Shown: piece after piece, positions 49,048-61,874 of the stretch
Layout: the number at the start of each line of letters is the position of its first letter
Numbering within the stretch: the stretch's first letter is position 1
Assembly (NCBI GenBank): GCA_964016885.1
Contig: OZ024755.1
Location: 36,456,001-36,520,000, forward strand
Source of the DNA: Eledone cirrhosa
Taxonomy: Eukaryota
Direction: 5' to 3'
Length of the DNA: 64,000 nucleotides
The notes under the pieces: generated by a model
Seen by the model: the letters and a program-made list of their open reading frames with translations, nothing else
What the model was told of the DNA's origin: nothing
Database searches by the model: none
Translations under genes and position numbers: made by a program

Positions 49048-49862
49048 GGCAGCTTCAGCCAAAACCGACTCAACAATTGATCTCCACGTGGGTCTGTCGT
49101 TCATTGCCATTGTCAAGTCCTGGATTTCAATACCAAAATCTCTGGAGATGACATCGGGAAAGGAGAGCTTGCGCCCCTGTTATTAGTGACTGCTTGTGGT
49201 TTCCAAAGCACTAATGGGGACACAGCCTCATTGGTGGCACGATGGCAGTGGCCAGCAAATTGGGATAGGAGAGCTTGTGCCCCCTGTTATTAGTGACTGC
49301 TTGTGGTTTCCAAAGCACTAATGGGGACACAGCCTCATTGGTGGCACGATGGCAGTGGCCAGCAAATTGGGATAGGAGAGCTTGTGCCCCCTGTTATTAG
49401 TGACTGCTTGTGGTTTCCAAAGCACTAATGGGGACACAGCCTCATTGGTGGCACGATGGCAGTGGCCAGCAAATTGGGATAGGAGAGCTTGTGCCCCCTG
49501 TTATTAGTGACTGCTTGTGGTTTCCAAAGCACTAATGGGGACACAGCCTCATAGGTGGCACGATGGCAGTGGCCAGCAAATTGGGATAGGAGAGCTTGTG
49601 CCCCCTGTTATTAATGACTGCTTGTGGTTTCCAAAGCACTAATGGGGACACAGCCTCATAGGTGGCACGATAAAAGTGGCCAGCAAATCTTACTCTCCTT
49701 TTACGTACAACGACAGATATGCGTGGGAGGCCGACATATATCTCTCTCGAAGTCAGATGTCGCCATCTTATGTTCTGAATGAGTTGAAGCAGAGGAGTGT
49801 AAGTGCCATCAAGGTGCTTTTGCTGTTTGGATGAAAGCGTCCATATTTCACTTCCATATAGC
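49012..49862 (-). mobile_element. RTE3 3' fragment with a 107-bp unit repeated 5 times and a (GAT)n tail
   Basis: LYGSEIWTLS..LPRISVVVRKRRVRFAGH; period 107 (49181, 49288, 49395, 49502, 49609). Confidence 0.9.
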
Positions 49863-49984
49863 AAGATTGGTTGAATTGAATTGTTACTTGGAAGAGTCGA
49901 AAACTGACACCAAATGAGGGACGGTTGAAAGGGGACAACAAATTAGGCAATGTTGAAAGGGGCCAACAAATTAAACAATGTTGA

Positions 49985-50700
49985 AAAAAAAGTGCAGGGT
50001 GATCAAAATTGATGGAAGTTACGGAGTAGGTAGACCCAGAAAAACCTGGGGCGATTTGATAAATTCTGACCTTACACACTAACACCTCTCTAAGAGGTTA
50101 TGTGGTTTCCAAAGCACTAATGGGGACACAGCCTCATAGGTGGCACGATAAAAGTGGCCAGCAAATCTTACTCTCCTTTTACGTACAACGACAGATATGC
50201 GTGGGAGGCCGACATATATCTCTCTCGAAGTCAGATGTCACTGGATCGAGATCTTTGGTGCCACGCAGTAATACAGAAGAACCGCCTTCTCTACGTATCA
50301 AGTTAACCTACAGTCAGTAGGCACCTCTTAACCAAATATACACCTCAACCCACTACCCCTACTCCATCCCCCCACTCCCACCAACACCACCCTCTCTCTG
50401 TAAAGTTATGTTGGTACCACAACATCCAGTCCAAACTAAAGAGGTTGTGTAGGTGCCACAACAAAAAGCACCCAGTCCACGCTGTAATGTGGCCGTGTAG
50501 GTAACACGGTAAAAAGTCTCCCAGTCCACACTGTAAACGTGGTTGGTGTTAGGAAGGGCATCCAGCCATAGAAAACCTGCCAGATACAGTCCTATACGAG
50601 TGAGACATGGGCACCCGATCAATCTTGCCTCAAGTGGGACAATTCCCGTCTAACCCATGCTAGCGTGGAAGATGGACGTTAAACGATGATGAGGATGATG
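49985..50700 (+). mobile_element. RTE2-like 3' fragment carrying a 139-bp insert copied from the neighbouring RTE3
   Basis: KKCRVIKIDGSYGVGRPRKTW..; UTR and tail; insert at 50101-50239. Confidence 0.87.
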
Positions 50701-50768
50701 AAAGGGGATAACAAATTAGACAATGTTGATAGCAAAGGGGTAGCAAAATATCCACTGTTAATTTAGGA

Positions 50769-51543
50769 TAGGGGTCGGCAACCTATGGCCCGCGAGCTGG
50801 ATCAGGGCACAAAGGGATTTTGACCGACTCACTAGAACTGATGCCCAATGAGTTGTTTATTTAAAATTTAAATTTATTGTAATGGAGGCACATGGCTTAG
50901 TGGTTAGAGCATTGGCCTTGCAATCGAAAGGTTGTGAGTTCAATTCTCAGACCAGGTGATGTGTTGTTTCCTTGAGCAAGACACTTTATTTCACATTGCT
51001 CCAGTTTACTCAGCTGTAGAAATCAAGCCCAAATCAGTTCCCATTCCACCCTTGCAAGCAGGGAAAAGTGGACGTACGATGATGATGATGATGATGTAAT
51101 ATGAGAGACGAGACTTTCGATTACAATAAAAAGTCTGCTGTTACATTCTTCCACAAATCTTCTGATTCACTCCACCTAATGTCCACCACCACTGATTCAC
51201 TCCACCTAATGTCCACCACCACTGATTCACTCCACCTAATATCCACCACCAACCGGATGTGAACTCTTTGACAGCAAAAACACAATTAAAAATTGTGTTA
51301 TGTATTTTAAAGATTTGTTAAACAAATGATTCCAATGATGTCTTCAATTGAATAACTGATATTTTTCCATTACTCCATCCATCTGGGGTTAATACAAATT
51401 CTTTTTAAGTAAAGTCAACACTCGTGATTAAATTTTAGCTTGTGTAATTTTCCATAATTATTCTTTTATGGCCTTCGTCTGGCCAGCTATCCGTCATTAA
51501 TACTTGATCCGGTCCTTGGAAGCAAAGAAGTTGCTGACCCCTG
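50769..51543. mobile_element. hAT-type MITE with a nested SINE A and an internal 30-bp x3 repeat
   Basis: TIRs TAGGGGTCGGCAAC / GTTGCTGACCCCTG; TSD ATTTAGGA/ATCTAGGA. Confidence 0.85.
50882..51097 (+). mobile_element. SINE A with an internal deletion
   Basis: Head and tail intact; the segment between the two CAGCTGTAGAAAT repeats is missing. Confidence 0.9.
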
Positions 51544-51751
51544 ATCTAGGACAATAATGGAATCTACAGCTACATATTCCAGGACACCTATGTCACTTTC
51601 AACTACTTGAGATGATGCTGAAGTGTAAAAACCAATATGAAGATAATCACTTAAGTCTACTTCAGGCTACTAAAAACTATTTACACTTTCTCTTATTGTT
51701 TTCTTCATCTTGGATTCCCCGTTCTAAAGTTATTTTTATGTTTTCGTTTTA

Positions 51752-51836
51752 TATGTACATATATATATGTGGGGGAACGGTGTGTGTGTGTGTGTGTATA
51801 TATATATATGTGTGTATATATATGTGTGTGTATATA

Positions 51837-51877
<41 letters not shown>

Positions 51878-52032
51878 ATGTATATATATATATATATGTG
51901 TATATATATATATGTGCATATATATGTGTGTGTGTATATATATGTGTGTGTATATATATATATATGTGTGTGCGTGTATATATATATGTGTATATATATA
52001 TATATATATGTGCGTATATATATGTGTGTATA
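51752..52032. repeat. TA/TG microsatellite
   Basis: Read directly from the sequence. Confidence 0.93.
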
Positions 52033-52620
52033 TCATCATCGGCATTTAACGTCTATCTTCCATGCTAGCATGGGTTTAGATGGGAATTGTCCCACTTGAG
52101 GCAAGATTGGTTGTCTTGCTCGTATAGGACTGTCTGGTGGGTTTTCTACGGCTGGATGCCCTTCCTAACACCAACCACGTTTACAGTGTGGACTGGGAGG
52201 TTTTTACCGTGTTGCCTACACGGCCACATTACAGCGTGGACTGTGTGTTTTTTTTGTCGTGACACCTACACGACCTCATTTGTTTAGGACTGGATGTTGT
52301 GGTACCAACATAACTTTAGGTGTAGATGGGGGTGGGGGTAAGGGTAATGGGACGGGGGTGTATATTTGGTTAAGAGGTGCTTACTGACTGTAGGTTTCGC
52401 TTTGTACTTAGGCAAGGAGGGTCTTCTGTATTACTGCGTAGCGCCAAAGATCTCGGTCCAGTGACATTGTCTTAGAGAGATATAAGTGTGTAAGGTCGGA
52501 ATTTATCAAATCATCCCAGGTTTATCTGGGTCTGCCTACTCCCTAACTTCCATCTATTTTCATCACCCTGCACTTTTTTATACAGCTGTCGTCTTTCATG
52601 CGCATCATACCAACGTAGTC
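52033..52620 (-). mobile_element. RTE2 3' fragment
   Basis: C-terminus, UTR and tail homologous to 43250-43850. Confidence 0.9.
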
Positions 52621-52621
52621 T

Positions 52622-52655
52622 TATATATATATATATATGTGTGTGTATGTGTGTG

Positions 52656-52718
<63 letters not shown>

Positions 52719-52742
52719 ATGTGTGTATATATATATATATAG

Positions 52743-52801
<59 letters not shown>

Positions 52802-52802
52802 G

Positions 52803-52838
<36 letters not shown>

Positions 52839-52926
52839 TGGGTCGTCAAGTATGAAATTGTAGAAATTTGTAGAAAAAAAACAAATTTCTACAAATTTCA
52901 TACTTGGCAACCCATTATATATATGG

Positions 52927-52989
<63 letters not shown>

Positions 52990-52993
52990 CATG

Positions 52994-53043
<50 letters not shown>

Positions 53044-53098
53044 ACACACGTGTGTGTGCAAGAGTGAGTGGATGCATGTATATATGTATGTGTGTATT

Positions 53099-53137
<39 letters not shown>
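52622..53137. repeat. TA/TG microsatellite field
   Basis: Read directly from the sequence. Confidence 0.9.
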
Positions 53138-53141
<4 letters not shown>

Positions 53142-53149
53142 AAAAAATC

Positions 53150-53370
53150 TGTCTACGCTGTAATGTGGCCATGTAGGTAACACGGTAAAAAGTTCCCAGT
53201 TCCACACTGTAAATGTGGTTGGTGTTAGGAAGGGCATCCAGCCATAGAAAGCCTGCCAGATAGTTCTACATGAGCGAGACAGTCACCCGACCAACCTTGC
53301 CTCAAGTGGCACAACTCCCGCTTAACCCATGCTAGCATGGAAGATGGACGTTAAACGATGATGATGATGA
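53150..53370 (+). mobile_element. RTE2-type 3' UTR and tail fragment
   Basis: GGTTGGTGTTAGGAAGGGCATCCAGCC..CCCATGCTAGCATGG..GGACGTTAAAC(GAT)n. Confidence 0.85.
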
Positions 53371-53811
53371 TAGTTTTTGTTTCAACAGGTTTTCTTTTGT
53401 TGCTACTACTACTACTGCTGCTACTACTACTATTAGTAGTAGTCTCAGTGTCAATTTGTTCTTTTCTTCGTTGTCACTTAAAATTTAAGTTTAACCAACT
53501 TGTTTATTAATTTGAAACTCATTATCTTGTTATCTAAATTCTCTTTACACTCAGCCAATCAATGAAGGACAGACACGACTTTAAGAGCTGACAGGATGGA
53601 CACATAAAATTAGAAACATTGCCAGCAGAGCTAACTAATAAGTCCAATTAAAGTAAACAGAACAAGGAAAATACATGAATCCACCAGGAGCAGATCATAG
53701 CATCTAAAAGATAGAACCTGACATTGAAGACTGAGCAAAGTTAAACTAATAGAAGCCATTGTTATGTTATAGAAAGGTTAACAATTTTACTAGCAATTTT
53801 ACTAATATATT

Positions 53812-54115
53812 ATCATCATCATCGTTTTACATCCATTTCTCCACACTGGCATGGGTTAGACAAGTTGTCTTGTTGTGGGCAATGTTAGGTCATCTTGTTC
53901 ATACAGTACTGTTTCAGGCTTCGTTTCTACAGCTGGATGCCCTTCCTAATGACAACCACATTTACAGTGAGTACAGGGTGCTTTTTGCATGACACCTACA
54001 CAACCACTTTACAGTGTGGACTGGGTGCTTTTTGCCATAACACCTACACGACCACTTTACAGTGTGGACTGGGTGCTTTTTGTCTTGACACCAACACACC
54101 ACTTTACAGTGTTTT
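53812..54115 (-). mobile_element. Retro-element 3' end with about 3 copies of the 48-bp module
   Basis: Homologous to 61875-62540. Confidence 0.78.
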
Positions 54116-54166
54116 GGCCTGTCCTCATGAGGGGGGGCAAAGTAAACTTCAACTTGCTCCACTTCC

Positions 54167-54833
54167 TTAACCCTTTAGCAGTTAAACTAGCCGTATTCGG
54201 CCAGAATTCTATCACTTGTTTCTGTTCAAACTGGCCGTAACTGGCCACTCATACTGACGTTATGGTATTGTTCTCAAAAAAAGATAACATAGAAATCTCA
54301 TAGATTTGATTTTATGTGAGATAATTATGTAAGATGATGCGTTTACCACAAAAATACAATAGTGTATATAGAGTAATGTAAATGCTAAAGGGTTAAACAT
54401 CTTGGTGCTGTGGACGAGAGAAGTCGCCGAGAGTAATCTCCCCTTAATACATAATACAGTATCAAGGGAAGCAATACACAAAAAACTTCAGCCGCCAGAA
54501 GGTTAAAGACATAAATTAAATAAACATTTGAATAGCTGCAGCTGTTCAAAGTATTGGGAAATAAATTTAGAACCTAAAAGTTCATGGTTCGAAGCCTATG
54601 CTAATATTAACCCTTTACCATTTACATTACTCTATATATACTATTGTATTTTCACAGTAAAGGTTTTCTCTCACATAGTTCTCATATAATATTGAATCTA
54701 CAAGATTTTGATATTATTTATTTTGAGAACAATACCTTAACATTAGTATGAGTGGCCAGTTATGGCCAGTTTGAACAGAAAGAGATGAGAGAATTCTCAC
54801 CAGATACAGCCAGTTTAAATACTAAAGGGTTAA
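54167..54833. mobile_element. Inverted pair of MITE D copies (54167-54396 + and 54607-54833 -)
   Basis: Both have TTAA-CCCTTTA / TAAAGGG-TTAA ends. Confidence 0.87.
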
Positions 54834-55040
54834 TGTCCTGTACCACATCAAACTGTATTAGCAAGGCATTCTTGAAAACTACAAAACAATACTATGTGTG
54901 CATTATGTTAAAATATTTATTCAAATACTGTAAATCTTAACAATATTCTGTCTACTAGTAAAGATAATATAAACATTTGAATTAACAAACCTATATTTTA
55001 GATATGTTGTGCCATATTATTGCAGGATGTTAAGGGTTAA
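54830..55040. mobile_element. MITE F
   Basis: Right end GCAGGATGTTAAGGGTTAA; left end TTAATGTCCTG. Confidence 0.65.
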
Positions 55041-55300
55041 TAACACAAACAAAATCTTTCAAATTCACTTGTGACTGTTCAATGAAAGGAAATCTTAACT
55101 AAAATATAGAAATCCAACCATGAAATGGTATGTGACTATTTGGAAGTGGTTGGCATACTGAGAGGTCATTGTAGTTAAAAACTAAGCTTATTTACTGAAG
55201 TTGATTGCCAGGTCAATATTACAAACAAGCTCAGGTTGTCAAAACACATCGCTTTACATTATTCTGCAGATATAAGTGCATATATATATATTGTTCTTAC

Positions 55301-55342
55301 AGACTCTTGCCAGGGTTCACTAATTAGATTTCCAGAACTGGT
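55301..55342 (-). other. Candidate 42-nt exon (TSSGNLISEPWQES)
   Basis: ttcatgttcaatag|...|gtaaga, open in phase 0; weak pyrimidine tract. Confidence 0.15.
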
Positions 55343-56359
55343 CTATTGAACATGAAATGATTTTGCCAAAAATATGACATATCATAAATGTATGAGTACT
55401 TATAATTATGTGTATTTTATGTCTGTTAAATTCTTGCCAACACAGATAAAACAGAGCCACTAAAAAATAAAACCATATAAATAATTATGTGTTTGTGTGG
55501 TTATATATACATATGCTTTGAGTCTACTATATACCAATATACATACATGCATTTGCAAATACATTCACACACACACATTTATTATAAGTAACTGTCGTGT
55601 AGAAAAGATGAGTGTTTATGTATCTGTGTGTACACAAATATAGCTCAAGTAGATAAAATTACAATATGTTCACAGTACCTAACTACCTACCAACTATTGC
55701 AAATCTGTAAGAATCCATTACGCTCAAACTTCAACCATAAATAATCATTCTCTTCATGTTGACACAAGCAATATGATGAAGTGGTAGTTTTAAAGTAAGA
55801 CAGAAGAATTAATTCATCTCTATCGGAATCTATTGCCAGCCAAGTTATGCCTGGTCAACATTCAAATAAACCAGCCATTAAGTCAAAGTATTGGACATTA
55901 TTTTTTTTTTATTTTTCCACAAAAGTCAATTATTGTCGACAGGCTGGTAATTTAAAGTTTGTCAAAGTTATGTTTAACATTTTGGTCACTTAAGGCAAAA
56001 CTTATTTCACCTTACTTGAAGAATCCCTGATATTTCTTTACAACAGCACAAAAACATTTACAGGAAAATGACAGGAAATTATTTAAGATTTTTAAAATTA
56101 GTGGATGACACAATCCAGCCAGAATTCTCTCACCTTTTTCTGTTCAAACCAGCCATAACTGACCACTCATACTTATATTAAGGTATTGTTCTCATAACAT
56201 CAAAATCTCGTAGATTTGATATTATGAGATAATTATGAAAGCCTTTACCACAAAAATACAATAGTATATATAGAGTAAAGTAGATGCTAATGGGTTAATA
56301 TTTTTTCCTAGCAAAAAGCCATAAATTTTTGGGTAGATGATATGCCTTTACCTATAAGA

Positions 56360-56913
56360 TAGCCATAGTATCTAGAATAAGGACGGATTGGAAGAAGTTT
56401 AGGGAGCTGGTTTATCTATTGACAAAGAAGGGTTTCTTCATACGAACGAAAGGCCGGTTATATGATGCCTGTGTGAGGTGCACGGTGCTGCATGGTAGTG
56501 AGACATGGGCAGCAACTGCGGAGGAAATGCTACGGCTGGAGAGAAATGAAGCAAGCATGCTCCATTCGATGTGCAATGTCAATGTGCATGAACGACCAAG
56601 CATAGACTAGTTGAGAGAGAAACTGGGTATAAGAGGGATAAGTTGCAGTGTGCAGGAGAGAAGACTGAGATGGTATGGACATGTGATGCGCATGGAGGAT
56701 GACCGCTGGGTAAAGAAGTGCCAAGAAATCCCAGTGGAAGGAAGACGCAGTAGAGGAAGACCATGAAAAACATGGGCGGAGGTGGTGAGAGCTGACCTCA
56801 GATCGCTGAAGCTCACGGAGGAGATAACGAAGGACCGTGACGAATGGAGAGATGCTGTGCTGAATAGGACCTGTCCATCCTTGCAAGCAGGGAAAAGTGG
56901 ACGTAAAATGATG
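56360..56913 (+). mobile_element. RTE1 3' fragment
   Basis: LHGSETW..RRLRWYGHV..DRDEWR; RTE1 tail. Confidence 0.92.
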
Positions 56914-57914
56914 TGGTATTTAAATTCAGAGATATATGACAATCGGTTTCGAACTAAGAACATGAGACTAAAATTCTATATAGCATTAATACAAAATGTG
57001 TACCGCATGTGTACTGGGGTTGATTAAAATATGTGGCCCTATGCCAACACATGAGAAATATAGTTTTATGTGTATATAATATTCTATATGTTGTCTACTG
57101 AATGTTATCAATTATTTATATTCAAAGGGAATGCTGTATTTCAAGTCCAAGCTATATCAGTATGAAAAAAAAAACTACTAAAACAATGATTGTGGTGATC
57201 TAAGGTGTAGTATTAAATTATCTGTTAAGAACAAAAGAAGAAGCAGACGCTAACAAACATAACCTTTATACGGTATATTCTCAAAGGAATTATATACAGT
57301 TAGGTTTAATGTTAATAAACTCATTTTGTATTTTCCCACCAGATTAATGAATGTACAAAGTCACTATAGATTTCAGCTTGCTGCGAAATATTCCTAAACA
57401 AGATATTTTTGCCAACTTCAATTCCAGATTTCAAGAGCTGACTTTCAATTGTAAATATCTCCAATACATATCTCATGAAAGATCAGTTGGATGAGGATTT
57501 ATTTAGACAGTTTTGTCGAGTTTTTCCTCTTAAAATGTCACTGATCAAAGCACTATTCAAACAATACTAGAACTGAAACTCAACAACAGGAAGGGTCAAG
57601 TAACAGACATTTCTATACAAATATTATAAAATGCCATAAATAACCAACATCAGCTTAGAGTAGAAATTTGCTTTTGTTCAATAAGTATACATGCACGCAT
57701 ACACAAAATCACACACACACACACTTGAAATAGATAATCAAATTTTACAACTGACTTACGCTGTAGACAATTTAACCCTCACTCCAACTGTTCCAATAGT
57801 GATTTATAATCAACAGCAATTTAGTCTCTTTGCAGAAGTGGGGTGGTTGTATAGATGTTTGTTATTATGGCCCTCTGACCCAACTTTAACACAGAATACC
57901 ATTTGTTTTTTTAT

Positions 57915-58155
57915 CGATTGACCTCAATTGCTTACTGACTGGAGTGGAACTCGTCAAATCAGATCAAAGAAACAATGTTTCCATTAGTCTTTCTACTGCT
58001 GATACTATCTACCAGTTGCAGCTCCTGGCAGAAAGAGCAATGTGAAATAAAGTGTCTTGCTCAAGGACATAATGTGTCACCCAGTCCAGGATTTGAACTG
58101 GCAACTTCACAATTGTGAAAACAATTCCCAAACCACTAAGCCATGCACCTTCACT
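57915..58155 (-). mobile_element. SINE E
   Basis: Homology to 13150-13390. Confidence 0.82.
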
Positions 58156-58265
58156 ACCATATTCCCACTCTATTCCCCATCAACCAGCAAACCCATATTA
58201 ATGAAAGACAACTGGTGACCACAGCAAAAAACACTTCCTGACTATGATCTTATGTCTAAGTTTAA

Positions 58266-58492
58266 TTAACCCTTTAACATCTACATTACTCTATATTTAC
58301 TATTGTGTTATCACAGTAAAGGCTTTACCTCACATAATTATCTCACATGATATCGAATCTATGAGATTTTGATATTTATTTTGAGAACAATACCTTAACA
58401 TCAGTATGAGTGGCCAGTTATGGCCAGTTTGAACAGAAAGAGATGAGAGAATTCTGGCCAGATACAGCAGGTTTAAAAGCTAAAGGGTTAAA
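58266..58492 (-). mobile_element. piggyBac-type MITE D
   Basis: TTAACCCTTTAAC ... GCTAAAGGGTTAA. Confidence 0.88.
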
Positions 58493-58904
58493 TTGAAATC
58501 CTCAGTTTGCTTAACATAAATGGTGACATTCAGAAGTTCTTTTAGCATCAGTAATGTTACACAAGCACTGAAAGGTTTTGTTGTTGATGCTACAGCTCAC
58601 ACCTATGAACAGTTTAACCAGCCCACCTGCATCTCATTTGAGGTTTCTCCGAGGGGGCAGGGTAGCAATAATGATAGGAACACCAGTCCTATCATGAACA
58701 GCAATATGAAATAAAACATCATATTCAAGAACGCAATGCGCTGCCTGCTCCAAGAATTGAACATGCAACCTCGTAATTTGGAGTCCAGCACACTAACCAC
58801 TAAGCCTTCACAGAAAAATTGGTACTGAATATATTGTTTTACTTTGCTTCTTCTTAAACAAATCTTTAAAATACAAATGAAAACTTGGAGAAATAGTCAA
58901 CTTA

Positions 58905-59800
58905 AGTTGTCCTAAGAAGTCTAATCTGTTGTCCTAAGAAGTCTAATCTGTTGTCCTAAGAAGTCTAACCTGTTGTCCTAAGAAGTCTAACCTGTTGTCC
59001 TAAGAAGTCTAACTTGTTGTCCTAAGAAGTCTAATCTGTTGTTATGTAAACAGTCTTGCCTGTTGTCATGTAAACAGCTTAACCTGTAGTCATGTAAACA
59101 GTAACCTGTTGTCATGTAAACAGTCTTGCCTGTTGTCATGTAAACAGCCTAACCTGTAGTCATGTAAACAGCCTAACCAGTTGTCATGTAAACAGCCTAA
59201 CCAGTTGTCATGTAAACAGCCTAACCAGTTGTCATGTAAACAGCCTAACCAGTTGTCATGTAAACAGCCTAACCTGTTGTCATGTAAACAGCCTAACCTG
59301 TTGTCATGTAAACAGTCTAACCTGTTGTCATGTAAACAGTCTAACCTGTTGTCATGTAAACAGTAACCTGTTGTCATGTAAACAGCCTAACCTGTAGTCA
59401 TGTAAACAGTCTTGCCTGTTGTCATGTAAACAGCCTAACCTGTAGTCATGTAAACAGTCTAACCTGTTGTCATGTAAACAGCCTAACCTGTTGTCATGTA
59501 AACAGTCTTGCCTGTTGTCATGTAAACAGTCTTGCCTGTTATGTAAACAGTCTTGCCTGTTGTCATGTAAACAGTCTTGCCTGTTGTCATGTAAACAGTC
59601 TTGCCTGTTGTCATGTAAACAGTCTTGCCTGTTGTCATGTAAACAGTCTTGCCTGTTGTCATGTAAACAGTCTAGCATGTTGTCATGTAAACAGTCTAAC
59701 CTGTTGTCATGTAAACAGTCTAACCTGTTGTCATGTAAACAGTCTTGCCTGTTGTCATGTAAACAGTCTAACATGTTGTCATGTAAACAGTCTTGCCTGT
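58905..59800. repeat. Two-zone minisatellite: 22-bp unit, then 24-bp unit (CATGTAAACAGTCTTGCCTGTTGT and variants)
   Basis: Both zones share AGTCTAACCTGTTGTC. Confidence 0.95.
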
Positions 59801-60324
59801 ACATAATGTATGCTATTATGCCAGTTTTTCATTAAGACTTCATTTAAGACTGAGCTCTCCTTTAAATCTTAATATCATGTAATGATTTAGCAGAAAATAA
59901 CAATGCACAGTGTTAATTCAAACGTTTATAGTGTCTTTACTAGTGAATAGACCATTGTGAAGATTTGCAGTATTACTGTAAAGACCTTAATTTTGAATGT
60001 AATGCAGTCATAGTGATGTTTTGTACTTTTCAAGACTGTTTTAATAATGTGATTTCATGTGGTATAAAGCGTTAAGATTTAAAAAGTGAAATGTTTTAAA
60101 AAAGAGACACCAGTTTCCTTGAGACACCATCTGGCCTTAAAAAGGAAGGCCCCTGGAGAGAGAACATAGACCCCATACAAGTAACAGCCATAGTCAAATT
60201 GGGAGTGACAGTTACAACCACTACTATGACGACAACAAGCTTTGCTGCATATAGTTATGGCCCTTTACCTTCTGATTTAAAATCCCATTGAGGTTAGCTT
60301 CGCATTTCCTACTTATGGAGTCTT

Positions 60325-60725
60325 TGTCTTCTTCTTCGCCCACTTATTCTTGAGAGGGTCCTATCAGAAGTAATTGTTTCCAACTGCTGAATCCCCAAGT
60401 GAGACTAGCCAAGCCCATGGATGTTATCCAACCATCTTGTTCAGGGTCTACCTCTGAGTTTCCTGCTGGTTGGTTTTGCCTGGAAAATCTGTCCAGCGAT
60501 TCTTTCCTGAGGCATTCTAACCACATTCCCATAGTATCGGAGCTGTTATCTCTCAATTCGGAGAAGTAGTAGCTCTACCTGGAACAACTCTCTGATCTTC
60601 GAGCTAAGCACTTTATCAAGTAATATTACTCCAAAGACCCTTCAGACGAACTCCTTTTTGGACACTTGTATTCAGGATCCTATTCTTTCAGTCATTACCC
60701 AAGATTCATGACCATAGGTAAGCTG
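60325..60725 (-). mobile_element. Old RTE6 3' fragment with (GAA)n tail
   Basis: Homologous to 42229-42370 (YGHESW-like start). Confidence 0.72.
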
Positions 60726-61638
60726 TGGCACGAATACAGAGTCAATAAAATAAAGTACCGGTAATATGCTGGGGTCAATTTAATCGACTTTCCTTTCTCC
60801 AAAAACTGTTGGCCTTGTGCCTAAATCAAAAACCATTACACACACAATCTAATTATCAGTGTATGGCACTTATGAGGCAACTCAATATCCAGACAAATAA
60901 AACGAGATGCAACATCATCATATGTTGCCTAAGAAATTATGACACACTGGAAGTACATAAATGATTCAGAGAGAGAGAGAGAGAGAGAACAGTGGAAAAC
61001 AATATAAAACGATTTGAGAAAATAAACCTCTATATTACCATTTATATTAAAAGAATACAAAAAAGAAATGATAATAATCCGTGTGTTGTGTGTGTGTTTT
61101 GTTGGGGAAGGATGGTGTAAATATTAGACACAATATAGCATACATAGAACCATCAATAAGTCTAAAGCTTCAAACAGTTATATCTCTATCTAAGCAAATA
61201 GCGACAGCACATCTAGATACAAAATCTTAGTCATAAAAATCACACACAACTTTGGAAAGAGAATTGAGCAAACCTTTATTAACAAATGAGTAGATAGCAT
61301 CAAAACACAATTTAGGCAGAATCCATACCAACGCAGCTGTAAATCAAATAATATACACTAAATCTACCATAAAAATCAAATTAGATTTGATAAAACACTT
61401 CCAATAATTGAAAGAGAAACAATGAAATTCAAAAAGCTATACAAGCAAAATAAGAACATAGCATATGTGGTTCCAGTTCCACCTTGTGGACCAAATATTC
61501 TCTGTATCCTATCCAACCACCCTTTAAACCTACTTGTAATCAGAGTTTAGGACAGGGGTTCTCAAATGGGCTCGATAAAGTACCGGTAACATACCAGGGT
61601 CAAATTAATTGACTTTACCCTCCCCCAGAATTGCTGAC

Positions 61639-61855
61639 CTTGTGCATCATTGTTGTTAAGGGTGGATTATTATATGTATCGGTAGAGGGTCGGACACCAT
61701 GCTTTCCAGCATAGAGTTACGGTCCGTTATGATCTGAGTTCAAATCCTGCCGAGGCTAACTTTGCCTTTCATACTTACGGGATTGATAAAATAAAGTACC
61801 AGTAATGTACTGGGATAATTGCTGGCCTTGTGCCAAAAGTAGAAACAATTATTAT
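61639..61855 (+). mobile_element. SINE C
   Basis: B box GAGTTCAAATCC, Meta-like box, tail GGCCTTGTGCCAAAAGTAGAAACAATTATT. Confidence 0.87.
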
Positions 61856-61874
61856 TGCCGTTAAGATTACTTAA

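Noticed and set aside
57349-57495. Short protein-like frame MYKVTIDFSLLRNIPKQDIFANF...
   Set aside because: Under 50 aa, no recognisable motif and no consistent splice sites
59090-59835. Cys/His-rich repeat ORFs (DCLHDNRQ)n; similarly 61871-62295 and 31605-31894
   Set aside because: The 24-, 48- and 12-bp units are multiples of 3 by chance; no splice or codon evidence; two of the arrays derive from TEs
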